A stretch of 64,000 nt of DNA from Leptonemataceae bacterium (GTDB lineage Bacteria > Spirochaetota > Leptospiria > Leptospirales > Leptonemataceae), in NCBI GenBank assembly GCA_965227295.1, contig OZ245742.1, positions 4,384,001 to 4,448,000 on the forward strand, in the 5' to 3' direction. The notes beneath the pieces are model-generated. The model saw only the letters and a list, made by a program, of their open reading frames with translations, was not told the origin of the DNA and made no database searches. A program made the translations under genes and the position numbers. How positions within the stretch are numbered: position 1 is the first letter of the stretch; every line of letters begins with the position of its first letter. Of this stretch, positions 48,506 to 58,504 are shown in pieces.

Positions 48506-48931
48506 ATGAACGCTCAGCCCGACAGTTACGATGATCGCCAGGATCACATTCCTTCGCTCTCGTTGCCGGACATCGACGTCTTTCGCAACGTCTATCAGGG
48601 CAGCGACTACCGCGTGGATTTCGAGATCCCCGAATTCACCGCCGTGTGCCCTAAGACCGGCCTGCCCGACTTCGGCATCTTTTACATTTCGTACAAACCC
48701 GATGAATTCTGCCTGGAATTGAAGAGCCTCAAGGAGTACTTCACCGCGTATCGTGGCGTCGGCATCTTTCATGAAAACGTCGTCAATCGCGTGCGGGATG
48801 ATATCGTGCGCGCCTGCGCTCCGCTCTGGTTGCGCATTCATGCCGATTATAATGTACGCGGCGGCATCAAGACGCGGGTGTCCACGGCGTATCATCGCCC
48901 GGCGAGCACCGAACGAAAGCCCTCCACGTAA
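48506..48931 (+). CDS. queF: PreQ0 reductase QueF
   Basis: PEFTAVCPKTGLPDF, ELKSLKEY, FHE, RGGI. Confidence 0.95.
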   Translation: MNAQPDSYDDRQDHIPSLSLPDIDVFRNVYQGSDYRVDFEIPEFTAVCPKTGLPDFGIFYISYKPDEFCLELKSLKEYFTAYRGVGIFHENVVNRVRDDIVRACAPLWLRIHADYNVRGGIKTRVSTAYHRPASTERKPST

Positions 48932-49701
48932 GTCGGGAAACGATACTCGCCGTTCAGCAGATCCTTCGCGTAGAGACTGCGCACCCGACGACCGCTCGCA
49001 GCTTCCTCACGCCAGGGACCGGGCACGGTGATGCCCAATTCGTTTTCGAGGAACGCAAAGACCTCGCGGTTCTCCGTGGGACGTTCGTCGACACCGTGCA
49101 CCACGTCGGGAACTTCGATTGCGGTGTTCTGTAGCTGCACGACCATCGCCAGGAAGAGCCGCACAAGATCGTGTACGTGAATGCGCGAAACCCAGGCGTT
49201 CCCGCTCTGTGTGCGCCGAAAGTTTCCGTCGCGAAATTGCAGGGCCACGCTGCGACCCGGCCCGTAAATACCCGCGGATCGCAGGATGCGGGCCTGCGGA
49301 TACGCTGTACGGATCTTTTCTTCCAGGCGCAGCCGGCGCTCGCCGCGCTCCTGCCCCGGCGCGGGCGGAGATGTTTCATCGTACCACTCTCCTGATTCTC
49401 CGGGCGGGAGGACCGAGGTCGAACTGACATGGACGTACGGGATCGGGCCGTGGCGTTCAAAGAGTTCGCTGATGGCTTCGTGATACGGTACCGGCGCAAG
49501 ATCGCCCGCCTCGTTCACAACTACGGCGGGTACCGTATCGAGGACGGCGGCAGGAGCTTCAACACTGTGCGCATCGTACGCTGGATAACCCGAGCGTTGG
49601 AGTTCCCCGGGACTGCGGCTGAGAAACCGGACTGTGTGTTCCGGAAAATGCGTCGCAAGATAACGCCCCGTAAAGCTTGCTCCCAGGCAGAGGATTTTCA
49701 T
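48892..49701 (-). CDS. Atypical SDR / NAD-dependent epimerase (YeeZ-like)
   Basis: MKILCLGASFTG, VSSTSV, LRSAGIYGPGR, SRIHVHDL, FPTY.EG. Confidence 0.82.
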   Translation of the reverse strand: MKILCLGASFTGRYLATHFPEHTVRFLSRSPGELQRSGYPAYDAHSVEAPAAVLDTVPAVVVNEAGDLAPVPYHEAISELFERHGPIPYVHVSSTSVLPPGESGEWYDETSPPAPGQERGERRLRLEEKIRTAYPQARILRSAGIYGPGRSVALQFRDGNFRRTQSGNAWVSRIHVHDLVRLFLAMVVQLQNTAIEVPDVVHGVDERPTENREVFAFLENELGITVPGPWREEAASGRRVRSLYAKDLLNGEYRFPTYVEGFRSVLAGR

Positions 49702-49710
49702 ACTGACTCC

Positions 49711-50421
49711 ATGCGGTTTGTCCTGCTCTCCGGATTGCCCGTGTTGATCGTCACAGCGCTGTCGCTCTGGCAAAGCACCGCGTTCCGGAACGATCTCGCC
49801 GGCCATATCTTGCGCAGTGGCCGCCTGGTCCTTTCCTCCGGCGACTTCATTCATCATAAAAGCGATCCGCAGCGGAACGGCAACGACGATCACGTGATCG
49901 ACGGCGATCTGGAAAGCGCGGCGGTGCTGCTGTACCCGTCTCCACATCCGCAGGGGACCTGGTTGTTGATCGATCTGGGACTGAGCCACTGGCCGGCGCC
50001 GGAGTCCGATGCAGCGCCGCGGCCGCGGAAACCGGCCTACGTTGAAATTTTTAACGGCCCGTGTACGCGCTGCGACGGGACTCGCTTTCGCAGCCATGGG
50101 CGCTGGAAGTCGGTGCGCGTGGAACTCCTGGCCCGCCGGGCTAACGTGATGGACGAGGAGTATGTGATTCCACCGGAGGAAGTCCTGTGGTCGCGATTGA
50201 TCCGTCTGCCCGACGCCCCGGGACCGGAACGCCTGGATCTCAGTGATGTGCCGCAGGCACCGCCGAGTTCGGGCTGGCCGGAGAACATGAGTTATATTCG
50301 CATTAAGTTTACCGCGCTGGATGTTTATCCGGGTGAACGCTTTGATGATCGCATTGCCCTGAGTGAGATCGTCTACGCGGACGTCGATCCGGAAAGCGGC
50401 GCGATCTTTCGTTGGGAGTGA
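49711..50421 (+). CDS. Exported discoidin/NADase-type glycan-binding-like domain protein
   Basis: Signal anchor; DGDLES, WLLIDL, IFNG, DVYPGERFDD.IALSEI. Confidence 0.6.
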   Translation: MRFVLLSGLPVLIVTALSLWQSTAFRNDLAGHILRSGRLVLSSGDFIHHKSDPQRNGNDDHVIDGDLESAAVLLYPSPHPQGTWLLIDLGLSHWPAPESDAAPRPRKPAYVEIFNGPCTRCDGTRFRSHGRWKSVRVELLARRANVMDEEYVIPPEEVLWSRLIRLPDAPGPERLDLSDVPQAPPSSGWPENMSYIRIKFTALDVYPGERFDDRIALSEIVYADVDPESGAIFRWE

Positions 50422-50425
50422 TGAT

Positions 50426-51259
50426 ATGAGCAGTACCATTCGTGAAGCAGGCCACAGTCCCTTACGTTATCCGAAGGACTGGATCGTTAAACATAAGAGC
50501 GGCGACAAAATCAGCGTGCTCACCGCTTACGATGCGACGATGGCCCGATTGCTCGCGCGTTCCTCCGTGGATGCCCTGCTGGTCGGCGACTCCCTCGGCA
50601 TGGTGGTCCAGGGCCAAACGTCGACGCTCCCGGTCACGCTGGATGAAATGATCTATCACTGTAAGCTGGTCCGCCGGGGCGCACCGGGGCACTTCGTGAT
50701 CGGTGACATGCCCTTCGGCACGTATCAGTCCGGTGTGGACTCAGGGGTCGCGGCGGCCATCCGCGTAATGAAGGAGGCCGGCACCAGCGCCGTAAAGTTC
50801 GAAGGTGCCGATCCGCTCACGCTGGAAATCATACGCCGGCTGACCGCCGCCGGGGTCCCGGTAATGGGTCACACGGGTCTGACCCCGCAGAGTTATTTGA
50901 GTACCGGCGGTTTTCGCGTCCAGGGCAAAGACGAGGCCGGTGCCGGACGACTAAAAGAAGATGCGCGTAAGTTAGAAGAGGCCGGCTGTTTTTCCATGGT
51001 CCTGGAACTCGTGCCGCTGTCGCTGGGAAAAGAGATAACGGCGGCCTCGGGGATCCCCACGATCGGTATCGGGGCGGGCAACGAATGCTCCGGCCAGGTC
51101 CTGGTAATCAACGATCTCCTGGGAATGGATACGGACTTCAAACCCCGCCACGTTAAACAATACGCCGGGATGGGTCAGGCAATCATCGATGCCGCCGAAA
51201 GCTACTGCGAAGAAGTGCGCGATCGCAGCTTTCCGTCCGCGGAAAATTCCTTTCGTTGA
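50426..51259 (+). CDS. panB: 3-methyl-2-oxobutanoate hydroxymethyltransferase
   Basis: LTAYD, LVGDSLG, DMPF, AVKFEG, GHTGLTPQ, GIGAG..CSGQVLV. Confidence 0.97.
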   Translation: MSSTIREAGHSPLRYPKDWIVKHKSGDKISVLTAYDATMARLLARSSVDALLVGDSLGMVVQGQTSTLPVTLDEMIYHCKLVRRGAPGHFVIGDMPFGTYQSGVDSGVAAAIRVMKEAGTSAVKFEGADPLTLEIIRRLTAAGVPVMGHTGLTPQSYLSTGGFRVQGKDEAGAGRLKEDARKLEEAGCFSMVLELVPLSLGKEITAASGIPTIGIGAGNECSGQVLVINDLLGMDTDFKPRHVKQYAGMGQAIIDAAESYCEEVRDRSFPSAENSFR

Positions 51260-51262
51260 AAC

Positions 51263-51880
51263 TCAGGGACGCCAGTCGTTTTCGTTCCAGAGTTGGTCCG
51301 TGGAGATGCTATTCGTATTCGCGTCGTAAGAGCGCGCCGCACGTTCCATGCGCCGCCGTTCTTCCGTGCTCTTCTGGCCGGCTTCTTCCGGCGCAGTGCC
51401 GTCGCTGCGCGATTCCGCCCCCGGTACCGGCGGCATGGAACGCGTGAGCTGTTCGTACATGGCCTTGCCGAGATCAAAACCGTCGCTTTTCGCCACGGAC
51501 TTCGCGTACTCGTCGTAGAGCATATCCTCGAAGACTTCCTGTCGAAAACCACCGTGCAGAAGATTATTCTCCGGCTTCAGGTTCTTGCGCATGGACTTGA
51601 ACATCATGTTGATGAACATGGCCTCGAACTCTTCGGCGGCATCGTAGAGGCGGCGGCGCTGCGGATCGCGTTCCAGTTCGGCTTCGATGTCGACTTCCCG
51701 ACGGACCTGCCCGGAGGCGACAGTGCCCTCTTCCTGTAACACGGGAAAGTATCGTTCCAGTTCCGCGCGCTGCGGCGTGGACGCCGGGCCGACAGCGGCC
51801 TGTCCCTGCCGGGCGATTGCGGGAGGTACGTTAGCACCGGGGATGCGTGCTTTTGCTGCTTCTATGCTCAAGGGATTCAT
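51263..51880 (-). CDS. flgJ: Rod-binding FlgJ (no muramidase domain)
   Basis: LYDAAEEFEAMFINMMFKSMR...FEDMLYDEYA...MYEQL. Confidence 0.88.
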   Translation of the reverse strand: MNPLSIEAAKARIPGANVPPAIARQGQAAVGPASTPQRAELERYFPVLQEEGTVASGQVRREVDIEAELERDPQRRRLYDAAEEFEAMFINMMFKSMRKNLKPENNLLHGGFRQEVFEDMLYDEYAKSVAKSDGFDLGKAMYEQLTRSMPPVPGAESRSDGTAPEEAGQKSTEERRRMERAARSYDANTNSISTDQLWNENDWRP

Positions 51881-51906
51881 TCGTTTTCTCTAATATTTGT
51901 TAATGT

Positions 51907-53049
51907 TCAGTTTACGATCAGTTCCGCGTGCAGGGCACCCGAGTCTCGCAAGGCTTCGAGGATGGCAATAACGTCCTGGACGCTGGCTCCCATCTCGTTC
52001 AGCCCTTTGACGATTTCAGCGACGTTCGTACCGGAAAATTCCTGCGTCACCGGTTTGCGCTCACCGTCACCGCCTTCCTGGCCGGGCAGATGAATTCCCA
52101 AACGCGCATCGCGCATGTCGCCGGTTACGATCAGTTCCATGCCGCCGCGGGTTACCGCCACCGGATCCACGCGAACCTCACCGCCCATCACGATCGTACC
52201 CGTACGTTCGTTGATGACGACGCGCGCGCGGTAGTCCGGCTGGATGCGCATCTGTTCCATACGCGCGATGGTTTCGACGACGTTGGCGCCCTCCGGAATC
52301 GTTACGAGTATCGAACCGCCTTCGATGACGATCTCGGCCCCTTCTAATTCCTGGGCGAGCTTTTTGCTGACGAGATCGAGAGTCGAAAAATCAAACTGCA
52401 AGAGCGACACGCGTACCCGGCGGGCGTCGGGATTCTGCGCCGGATCGTTTTGATTCGGTTCGAGCAGATTCGCCGGCACTTCGCGTTCCACAATCGCACC
52501 GTTCAACACCAGGCCGACCGTCTCACCGGTACGGCTGTAACCGCGTTCCGGACTTTTGCCGCCGGTGGTGACGACTCCCTGGGCGACGGCATAAATACTT
52601 TGATTGCCCGCCACGAGCGGCGTCTGAATCAGCACGCCGCCTTCCAGGGAACGCGCGTCCCCGATGGAAGAAACCGTGGCGTTCAAACGATCGCCCCGGC
52701 CGGCAAAGGGCGGAACCTCCGCCGTCACAATGACCGCGGCGATGTTCCGCGCGTTCAGGCCGGCGTTCTCCAGATTCTGGCCGAGACCGCCCAGTAAATT
52801 GCGAATGGATTCCGATGCGAGCTTCGAGCGCGAATCTCCACTGCCCGGCAGGCCCACCACCAGTCCGTAACCGATCAACTGGTTCGTGCGCACACCCGTG
52901 ATGCGCGCGAGATCCTTGAGACGCACGCCGTCTTTTGCGTTCGCCGGCGTTTCGGCGTTTTCTTGCTCGGGTTGCTGGGCGGCCAGGGGCAGCGCCAGCA
53001 GGGTCAGCACGGTGACTAACATGATATTATTTATAGCTAACGATCTCAC
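51907..53049 (-). CDS. flgI: Flagellar P-ring protein
   Basis: RLKDL..GVRTNQLIGYGLVVGLPGSGD, SSIGDARSLEGG, VINERTGTIV, GALHAEL. Confidence 0.96.
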   Translation of the reverse strand: MRSLAINNIMLVTVLTLLALPLAAQQPEQENAETPANAKDGVRLKDLARITGVRTNQLIGYGLVVGLPGSGDSRSKLASESIRNLLGGLGQNLENAGLNARNIAAVIVTAEVPPFAGRGDRLNATVSSIGDARSLEGGVLIQTPLVAGNQSIYAVAQGVVTTGGKSPERGYSRTGETVGLVLNGAIVEREVPANLLEPNQNDPAQNPDARRVRVSLLQFDFSTLDLVSKKLAQELEGAEIVIEGGSILVTIPEGANVVETIARMEQMRIQPDYRARVVINERTGTIVMGGEVRVDPVAVTRGGMELIVTGDMRDARLGIHLPGQEGGDGERKPVTQEFSGTNVAEIVKGLNEMGASVQDVIAILEALRDSGALHAELIVN

Positions 53050-53720
53050 TGCTCGCCGCCTTCTCCCAGGACACGGTTCAGATACTCCAGCAGGAGTTGC
53101 TGCTGTTCGCGCTCGGACAGTTCCGCCGACGGCACCGCCGGATCGCCGGGGTTTTCACCGGGCACGGTTTTCAGTGGGATGTCCTTGGTCTGCGGGATGG
53201 GCAGGCCCGTAACGGTGATCTGGAGGTCGGCCACGGCCTCGGAGTCGATGCGGCGACCCGGCTGAATGTCGCCGATATGTACACGGCCGCTGACCTGGAA
53301 AAGCTGGCGCGTGCGTCCGTTCTCCTGAGCCAGTAGCTTTGTACCGGTGAATGTTACGGTTTCGTTTTCCACGTCGTCGCTGACCGTGACGGCCATCCGG
53401 AAACGAATGTGGCTGTCGGATTCCACGTCCGCCGTGGTCTTATTCGTGATGCTCTTCGTGCTGTCCGCCGGCGGCAAAAACGGCGTCAGGCTCTGATCCG
53501 GAACGATCTTGATCGTGATGTCCTCGTCGGACATGTTCTCGTATTCGTAGCGAATGCGAACGGGCTCGTCCACGTTCAGTTTCAGGATGGTTCCCTGCCG
53601 CAGATTGCGGTGAGATCCATACGGATTGTGATCCTGCCAGAGATTCTGGGCGAACAGATACGGGACGGACATCACCACTACGATGAAGACCGTCAGGATT
53701 TTGTAGATGAATTCGTTCAT
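53046..53720 (-). CDS. flgH: Divergent FlgH-like protein
   Basis: Position between flgA and flgI; G.ILKLNVDE, GTK, VSGRV..DI...IDS..VADLQI pattern. Confidence 0.7.
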   Translation of the reverse strand: MNEFIYKILTVFIVVVMSVPYLFAQNLWQDHNPYGSHRNLRQGTILKLNVDEPVRIRYEYENMSDEDITIKIVPDQSLTPFLPPADSTKSITNKTTADVESDSHIRFRMAVTVSDDVENETVTFTGTKLLAQENGRTRQLFQVSGRVHIGDIQPGRRIDSEAVADLQITVTGLPIPQTKDIPLKTVPGENPGDPAVPSAELSEREQQQLLLEYLNRVLGEGGEQ

Positions 53721-54760
53721 CGCCCTTCCCCGTGATCGTCGGATTGGTTTTTGCGATCGTAAACGACGGTGCCCTCTCCGATCACAGTGACGGTCAGCGT
53801 TTTGGAATTCCGGCCGGACGGATACAGCACGCGCACCGGAATGCGATCGCCCGGATCGCCGTTGCGAAGGGCTACCGAACGCAGTCGAAACACCATCCCC
53901 GGCCGTTGATACACCAGGCGCAACGATTGGCCGCGGCGAATCACCGGCATAAGCTGAACGTGAGAGGAGGTAAGCTCGGTGCCGGAACGCACGTCGCTCA
54001 TTACACGCCGGCCGCTCAGATCACCGGAGGCGTACTGTGCGTCCTCATGTTCCAGTTCGCGTTCTTCCAGACGATAGTCGTCTTTCGTCAGACGATGGCC
54101 GACGGGCAAATCCCGTGCGGCAACGGGAATCTTGCGTTTCTTTAAGATCGTTACCTGAATCTGGTGCCGGGCAAAGACCACGTTCTTCGACGGACTCTCG
54201 CCGACGTCCTCCGGAACGACGTCCAGGGGAATAATGCGACGCCCCGGGCTGAGCGCACCGGCACGGGAGGGCAGACGATATAGAAGGCGAACCCCCTCGG
54301 ACGGCACCGGGATCTTTACGTTGGGAGCGAGCCGCAGCACGAGGCTACCGTCGCGCTCACCGCCGGACAGCGCGTCGATTTCTTTCAGAAGCATGGCTTC
54401 CAGCGCCTGGTTATCCAGGACTCGCCCCTGCGGCACAACCCAGGTCCCCGCCCCGTAGACACGTTCGAGTTTGCCCGGCCCGTTTCCCAGACCGCGTCGC
54501 AGCTCCGCGGCCTGCACGTAACGCGGTGCGTGCAGATCACGAAAGAGCAGCTTCTCTGCGATCTGCTTCGCATCCGCGGCGGAGGATTCCGCCCCCGCTT
54601 CCACACGACCCAGGTCGCCCAGACGGACCGGCCCGGCCGGTACTTGCACCTGACTCTGGAGATAGACGGAGTACGCAAAGAGCGCCTGCGGCATCATTAA
54701 GAAAAGACCGCAGACGATCAGTACCGGAAGCGCGCGCTTATGTGAACGGGGCAAACTCAA
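53717..54760 (-). CDS. flgA: P-ring chaperone FlgA
   Basis: SAF-like VAARDLPVGH; IRRGQ...ALRNGDPGDRIPVR. Confidence 0.88.
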   Translation of the reverse strand: MSLPRSHKRALPVLIVCGLFLMMPQALFAYSVYLQSQVQVPAGPVRLGDLGRVEAGAESSAADAKQIAEKLLFRDLHAPRYVQAAELRRGLGNGPGKLERVYGAGTWVVPQGRVLDNQALEAMLLKEIDALSGGERDGSLVLRLAPNVKIPVPSEGVRLLYRLPSRAGALSPGRRIIPLDVVPEDVGESPSKNVVFARHQIQVTILKKRKIPVAARDLPVGHRLTKDDYRLEERELEHEDAQYASGDLSGRRVMSDVRSGTELTSSHVQLMPVIRRGQSLRLVYQRPGMVFRLRSVALRNGDPGDRIPVRVLYPSGRNSKTLTVTVIGEGTVVYDRKNQSDDHGEGR

Positions 54761-54770
54761 GGTTCCTCAA

Positions 54771-55568
54771 TTATCGCTTCATTCCGATGGCGGTGCCTAA
54801 CATCGTGTCGCTGGTAGTTACGGCCTTGGAGTTCGATTCGTAGGCGCGCTGGGCGACGATCATGTTCACCATTTCTTCGACGAGCTTTACATTAGAAGTT
54901 TCCAGAAATCCCTGCAACAGACCGCCGAAGCCGTCCAGGCCCGGTGTGCCCTGAATCTCAGGACCGCTGGCCACGGTTTCTTTGAACAGGTTCTTGCCGA
55001 TGGCCTTCAGCCCGGCCGGGTTAACGAAACGATAGGTATCGATCTGCCCGATGCGCGTGGGACGAATCTCGTCGCCGATCTTGACGGAGACTTCGCCGTT
55101 TTCCGTGATCTGGAGCGTGTTGTTGATCGCCCCGGGCGGCAACGTAATGGGCGGCTCTAAGAGATAACCGTTGGAAGTTACGATCTGACGGCGGCTGTCG
55201 ATTTTGAAACTGCCGTCCCGGGTGTAACCGAAGGTGCCGTCCGGTTGCAGGATCTTGAAGAAGCCCACCTCGGAAGTGATGGCGATGTCGAACTTATTGC
55301 CCGTGCCCTGGAGGCTGCCCATCTCGAAGAGCTTTTGCGTCGCAGCGGTTTTCACACCGTGGCCGACGTAGACGCCCGTGGGAATCTCGCTCACCGCCGT
55401 GGCCGGCGTTCCGGCCAGGATCTGCTGCTGATAGACGAGATCCTCAAAGTCCACCCGGTTCTTTTTGAAGCCGTAAGTGTTTACGTTCGCCAGGTTATTG
55501 GAAATCGTATCGATGTTGTACTGCTGTGCCACCATTCCACTGGCGGCGCTCCAGAGCGATCTAAGCAT
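54771..55568 (-). CDS. flgG: Distal rod protein FlgG
   Basis: MLRSLWSAASGM, SNNLANVNT.GFK, YTRDGSF, LETSNV..VEEMVNMI.AQRAYE. Confidence 0.97.
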   Translation of the reverse strand: MLRSLWSAASGMVAQQYNIDTISNNLANVNTYGFKKNRVDFEDLVYQQQILAGTPATAVSEIPTGVYVGHGVKTAATQKLFEMGSLQGTGNKFDIAITSEVGFFKILQPDGTFGYTRDGSFKIDSRRQIVTSNGYLLEPPITLPPGAINNTLQITENGEVSVKIGDEIRPTRIGQIDTYRFVNPAGLKAIGKNLFKETVASGPEIQGTPGLDGFGGLLQGFLETSNVKLVEEMVNMIVAQRAYESNSKAVTTSDTMLGTAIGMKR

Positions 55569-55632
55569 GTTGCCGTTCTCCTGCCGATCCGCATACGACC
55601 GGCGCCGGGACGCACGCGCCCCGTCCTGTACA

Positions 55633-55659
55633 GGATCGGCATTTCCGGAAAAAGAATGA
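55633..55659 (-). promoter_or_regulatory. Candidate sigma28 promoter TCAT-N15-GCCGATCC for the flgG operon
   Basis: Resembles the TAAA-N15-GCCGATAA consensus with the correct spacing. Confidence 0.4.
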
Positions 55660-55679
55660 GTAAATCGAGGGCTGCGGGA

Positions 55680-56987
55680 CTATTTCGGCTGCCGCCGGAC
55701 GACCAGGCAGCGGTTCGTATTCGTGCCTTTTTCGTTGTTTTTAACGTCCCAGCAGTTGGCGAGCTTGGTGAACTTCTGGGTGTTGATGAAGACCTCATCG
55801 GCGACGAGCATATCTCCGCCGGAGAGACGAATCGGCAGGCGCTCCAGCAACAGTTCTTCCAGGTTCGCCACCGCTCCACCGACGACCACTTCGCCGACCT
55901 CGATCACCGCCCGGCCGCCGGGTTTCAGAACCCGGCCGAGCTCCGCCATGACCGCGGCCATAAAATCACACCACTCAACAACGTCCGGGGTGATCGTCAG
56001 TTCCGGCTCCACCCCTTCCCGGCCCAGGAACCAGGCCCGCATCCAGTTGTCGGTGAGATAATCGACCTTATCCAGAAACGGCGGCGAGGTCACCACGAGG
56101 TCCACGCTACGGGGACGCAGACCGCGGAGTTTGCGAGCATCTTCGTTTAAGTAACGATTGCGCGCGGAGACGGATCGATACTGCTCCGGCAGTGCGGTAC
56201 CCAGGTCCGTTTTCATTTTGCGAATGATGCGTTCTTTGATCCCGCGGTACTCCGGGCGTTGATTGCGCCGCACGTTATTGCGCTGCTGGGCCTCGGGTAA
56301 AATCGAAATCTGCGGAAACGAATAAACCGAAAAGAAACCTCCGGAGTGGCCGTGCAGTCGCGAAAGCGCCGTGAGGCCGATGTAGCGCAGGGCATGGTCG
56401 CGCTCTTCGAAGGGCAGCGCTTCGTTCGTCAGGACCAGGGCACGCAGCGCCGCGATTTCTTCGAGCGTCTTCGAATGAAAGAACGGCAGTAACCGTTCGC
56501 GATCGCCTTCCGGCAATTCCGGCGCCCGGCTCAAGTCCAGGGCCTGCACACGTTCGCTGAGTTCGGCCAGGGACGGAATGCGCGAGCGAGCCGATGCCAG
56601 AAAGAGCGAAACGGGGTTCAGGTCATTGTGTACGCCGCGAAAGCCCAGGAGATTCGCCTGGATCACGGTCGTCCCGCGGCCGCCGAAGGGATCCAGCACC
56701 GTCGCCGAACGAACGCCGGCATCCGTAAGATAGCGGCGAATGAAAAAGTCCGGCAGCTCCGGTTTGAACGAGGCGCGATAGCTGACGGTATAGTGGATCG
56801 GATGCATCTGCCGCTGTTTCGCGGTCCAGAGTTCGCCGGCGCTCACGCGCACCTTCGAGGCGCCGATGCGCCGCACGGCGACCTCTAAGTTTCGTTGAGT
56901 GGATGGTTGTACTCTGCTGATTGCGGCCGACATCTTCGAGATTGTCGGCGCAGCACAAGACGCAGGCGGACTTTTTTCGGATTTCAA
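55680..56987 (-). CDS. Orphan amino-DNA methyltransferase (m4C/m6A), motif I before motif IV
   Basis: SYRASFKP, LDPFGGRGTT, DLNP, LVVTSPPF; start uncertain; no adjacent endonuclease. Confidence 0.88.
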   Translation of the reverse strand: MKSEKSPPASCAAPTISKMSAAISRVQPSTQRNLEVAVRRIGASKVRVSAGELWTAKQRQMHPIHYTVSYRASFKPELPDFFIRRYLTDAGVRSATVLDPFGGRGTTVIQANLLGFRGVHNDLNPVSLFLASARSRIPSLAELSERVQALDLSRAPELPEGDRERLLPFFHSKTLEEIAALRALVLTNEALPFEERDHALRYIGLTALSRLHGHSGGFFSVYSFPQISILPEAQQRNNVRRNQRPEYRGIKERIIRKMKTDLGTALPEQYRSVSARNRYLNEDARKLRGLRPRSVDLVVTSPPFLDKVDYLTDNWMRAWFLGREGVEPELTITPDVVEWCDFMAAVMAELGRVLKPGGRAVIEVGEVVVGGAVANLEELLLERLPIRLSGGDMLVADEVFINTQKFTKLANCWDVKNNEKGTNTNRCLVVRRQPK

Positions 56988-57121
56988 CTCTTCGCGTCAG
57001 CGATACGGAGGGTTGCGCCGCCAGGCGCAATTCCGGAGCGCGAAGCGCGGAGGAACGAGCGATTAGCGAGCCCGGAGTAGCGCGGTCCTGGCCGCCTGGG
57101 CCTGGCGGCCAGGAGACGCCC
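56988..57121 (+). repeat. Family A element
   Basis: Closely similar to 13412-13543, with compensatory stem changes. Confidence 0.9.
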
Positions 57122-57296
57122 GGGTCCAATCGCTACCGCAAGAATCTACATCCGATGTGCTGTTTTCTATATATAGTCGCTCTCAGCGGATTTGAATTTT
57201 GGTACGCCCCCGAAAAAAAGTTTCTTCTGCATTTCTCAAGAGACCGATCTTGAATGTGAAGATTCTGCGTTTAGAGGTTCAAGGAGGACACTCGAA

Positions 57297-58145
57297 ATGG
57301 TCATCAATCACAATATAAGCGCGATCAACGCTCATCGTAACTTGAAGTTTAACGACTACGAAATGATGGGCGATATCGAGAAGCTGTCGTCCGGTATGCG
57401 GATCAACCGTGCCGGCGACGACGCCGCGGGTCTCGCGGTATCGGAAAAGATGCGCACCCAGGTCCACGGCCTGCGCCAGGCGACCCGGAACGCCGAAGAC
57501 GGCATTTCGTTCATTCAAACAACGGAAGGCTACTTACAGGAAACGCAGAATATGCTTCAGCGTATCCGTGTTCTGGCCGTCCAGGCCGCGAACGGCATCT
57601 ACACCGCGGAAGACCGCCAGCAAATCCAGGTGGAAATTTCCCAGCTTATCGATGAAATCGATCGCATTGCATCTCAGGCCGAGTTCAATAAGATGAAGAT
57701 GCTCACCGGCGCCTTCGCCCGTCTGAACCCGTCCGCTTCGATGTGGTTTCACATCGGCGCCAACATGCACCAGCGCGAACGTGTCTATGTAAACACCATG
57801 ACCACTGCCGCCCTGGGTCTGCGGAACCCCACCGTGCTCACGTTTATTTCGATCAGCACGCCGGACAAGGCCAACTCCGTCATCGGACTGGCGGACGACG
57901 CCCTCCGCCGCGTAAGCAAGCAACGCGCGGACCTCGGTGCTTACCAGAACCGCCTCGAACACGCGACCAAGGGACTCATGAACGCCTACGAAAACATCCA
58001 GGCGGCGGAATCCCGCATTCGCGACACCGATATGGCCGAACGCATGACGTCGTTCACCCGCTATCAGATTCTCGTGCAGGCCGCCACCGCGATGGTCGCC
58101 CAATCGAACATGCGGACGCAGACGGTCATGCAGCTCCTCCGTTAA
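57297..58145 (+). CDS. flaB: Periplasmic flagellar filament core protein FlaB
   Basis: [68 protein letters not shown]. Confidence 0.97.
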   Translation: MVINHNISAINAHRNLKFNDYEMMGDIEKLSSGMRINRAGDDAAGLAVSEKMRTQVHGLRQATRNAEDGISFIQTTEGYLQETQNMLQRIRVLAVQAANGIYTAEDRQQIQVEISQLIDEIDRIASQAEFNKMKMLTGAFARLNPSASMWFHIGANMHQRERVYVNTMTTAALGLRNPTVLTFISISTPDKANSVIGLADDALRRVSKQRADLGAYQNRLEHATKGLMNAYENIQAAESRIRDTDMAERMTSFTRYQILVQAATAMVAQSNMRTQTVMQLLR

Positions 58146-58216
58146 GTTTTAGTTTATCGCAGGATCTTTACAGGGAAAAACAATCACAACACACAGAAGT
58201 CACACACGATGACAAC

Positions 58217-58253
58217 AAAAGCCGGCGCAGGAACCTCCCCTCGCCGGCTTTTT
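58217..58253 (+). terminator. Intrinsic terminator after flaB
   Basis: AAAAGCCGGCG ... CGCCGGCTTTTT. Confidence 0.75.
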
Positions 58254-58266
58254 ATTTACCATTCTT

Positions 58267-58464
58267 CTCTTCGCGTTAGCTGCTCCTCTCCGGCGTAGCG
58301 AGGGGGACGCCCCAAAAAAATTATCTGTATTTTCTTTTGGGCGTCTCCCCGCCGCCAGGCCCTGGCGGCGGGGATCGGGCTGCTACAGGCTCCGCTGCGC
58401 TTCGGTCTTCGCTACGCGAAGACTCGCGCTGGCGCGCGACCTTCCGCATCCCTGACGCGAAGAA
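58267..58464. repeat. Tail-to-tail family A pair (internally deleted + copy at 58267-58313; full - copy at 58338-58464)
   Basis: Both carry the TCTTCGCGTYAG 5' end and GGGRGACGCCC 3' end. Confidence 0.82.
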
Positions 58465-58504
58465 TCGTCGATTTAGAAGTTATCTTTAGTAATTTGAGCC
58501 GTCT

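Noticed and set aside
57215..57250. Sigma28 promoter for flaB
   Set aside because: ACCGATCT resembles a -10 element, but there is no TAAA-like -35 at 15-bp spacing.
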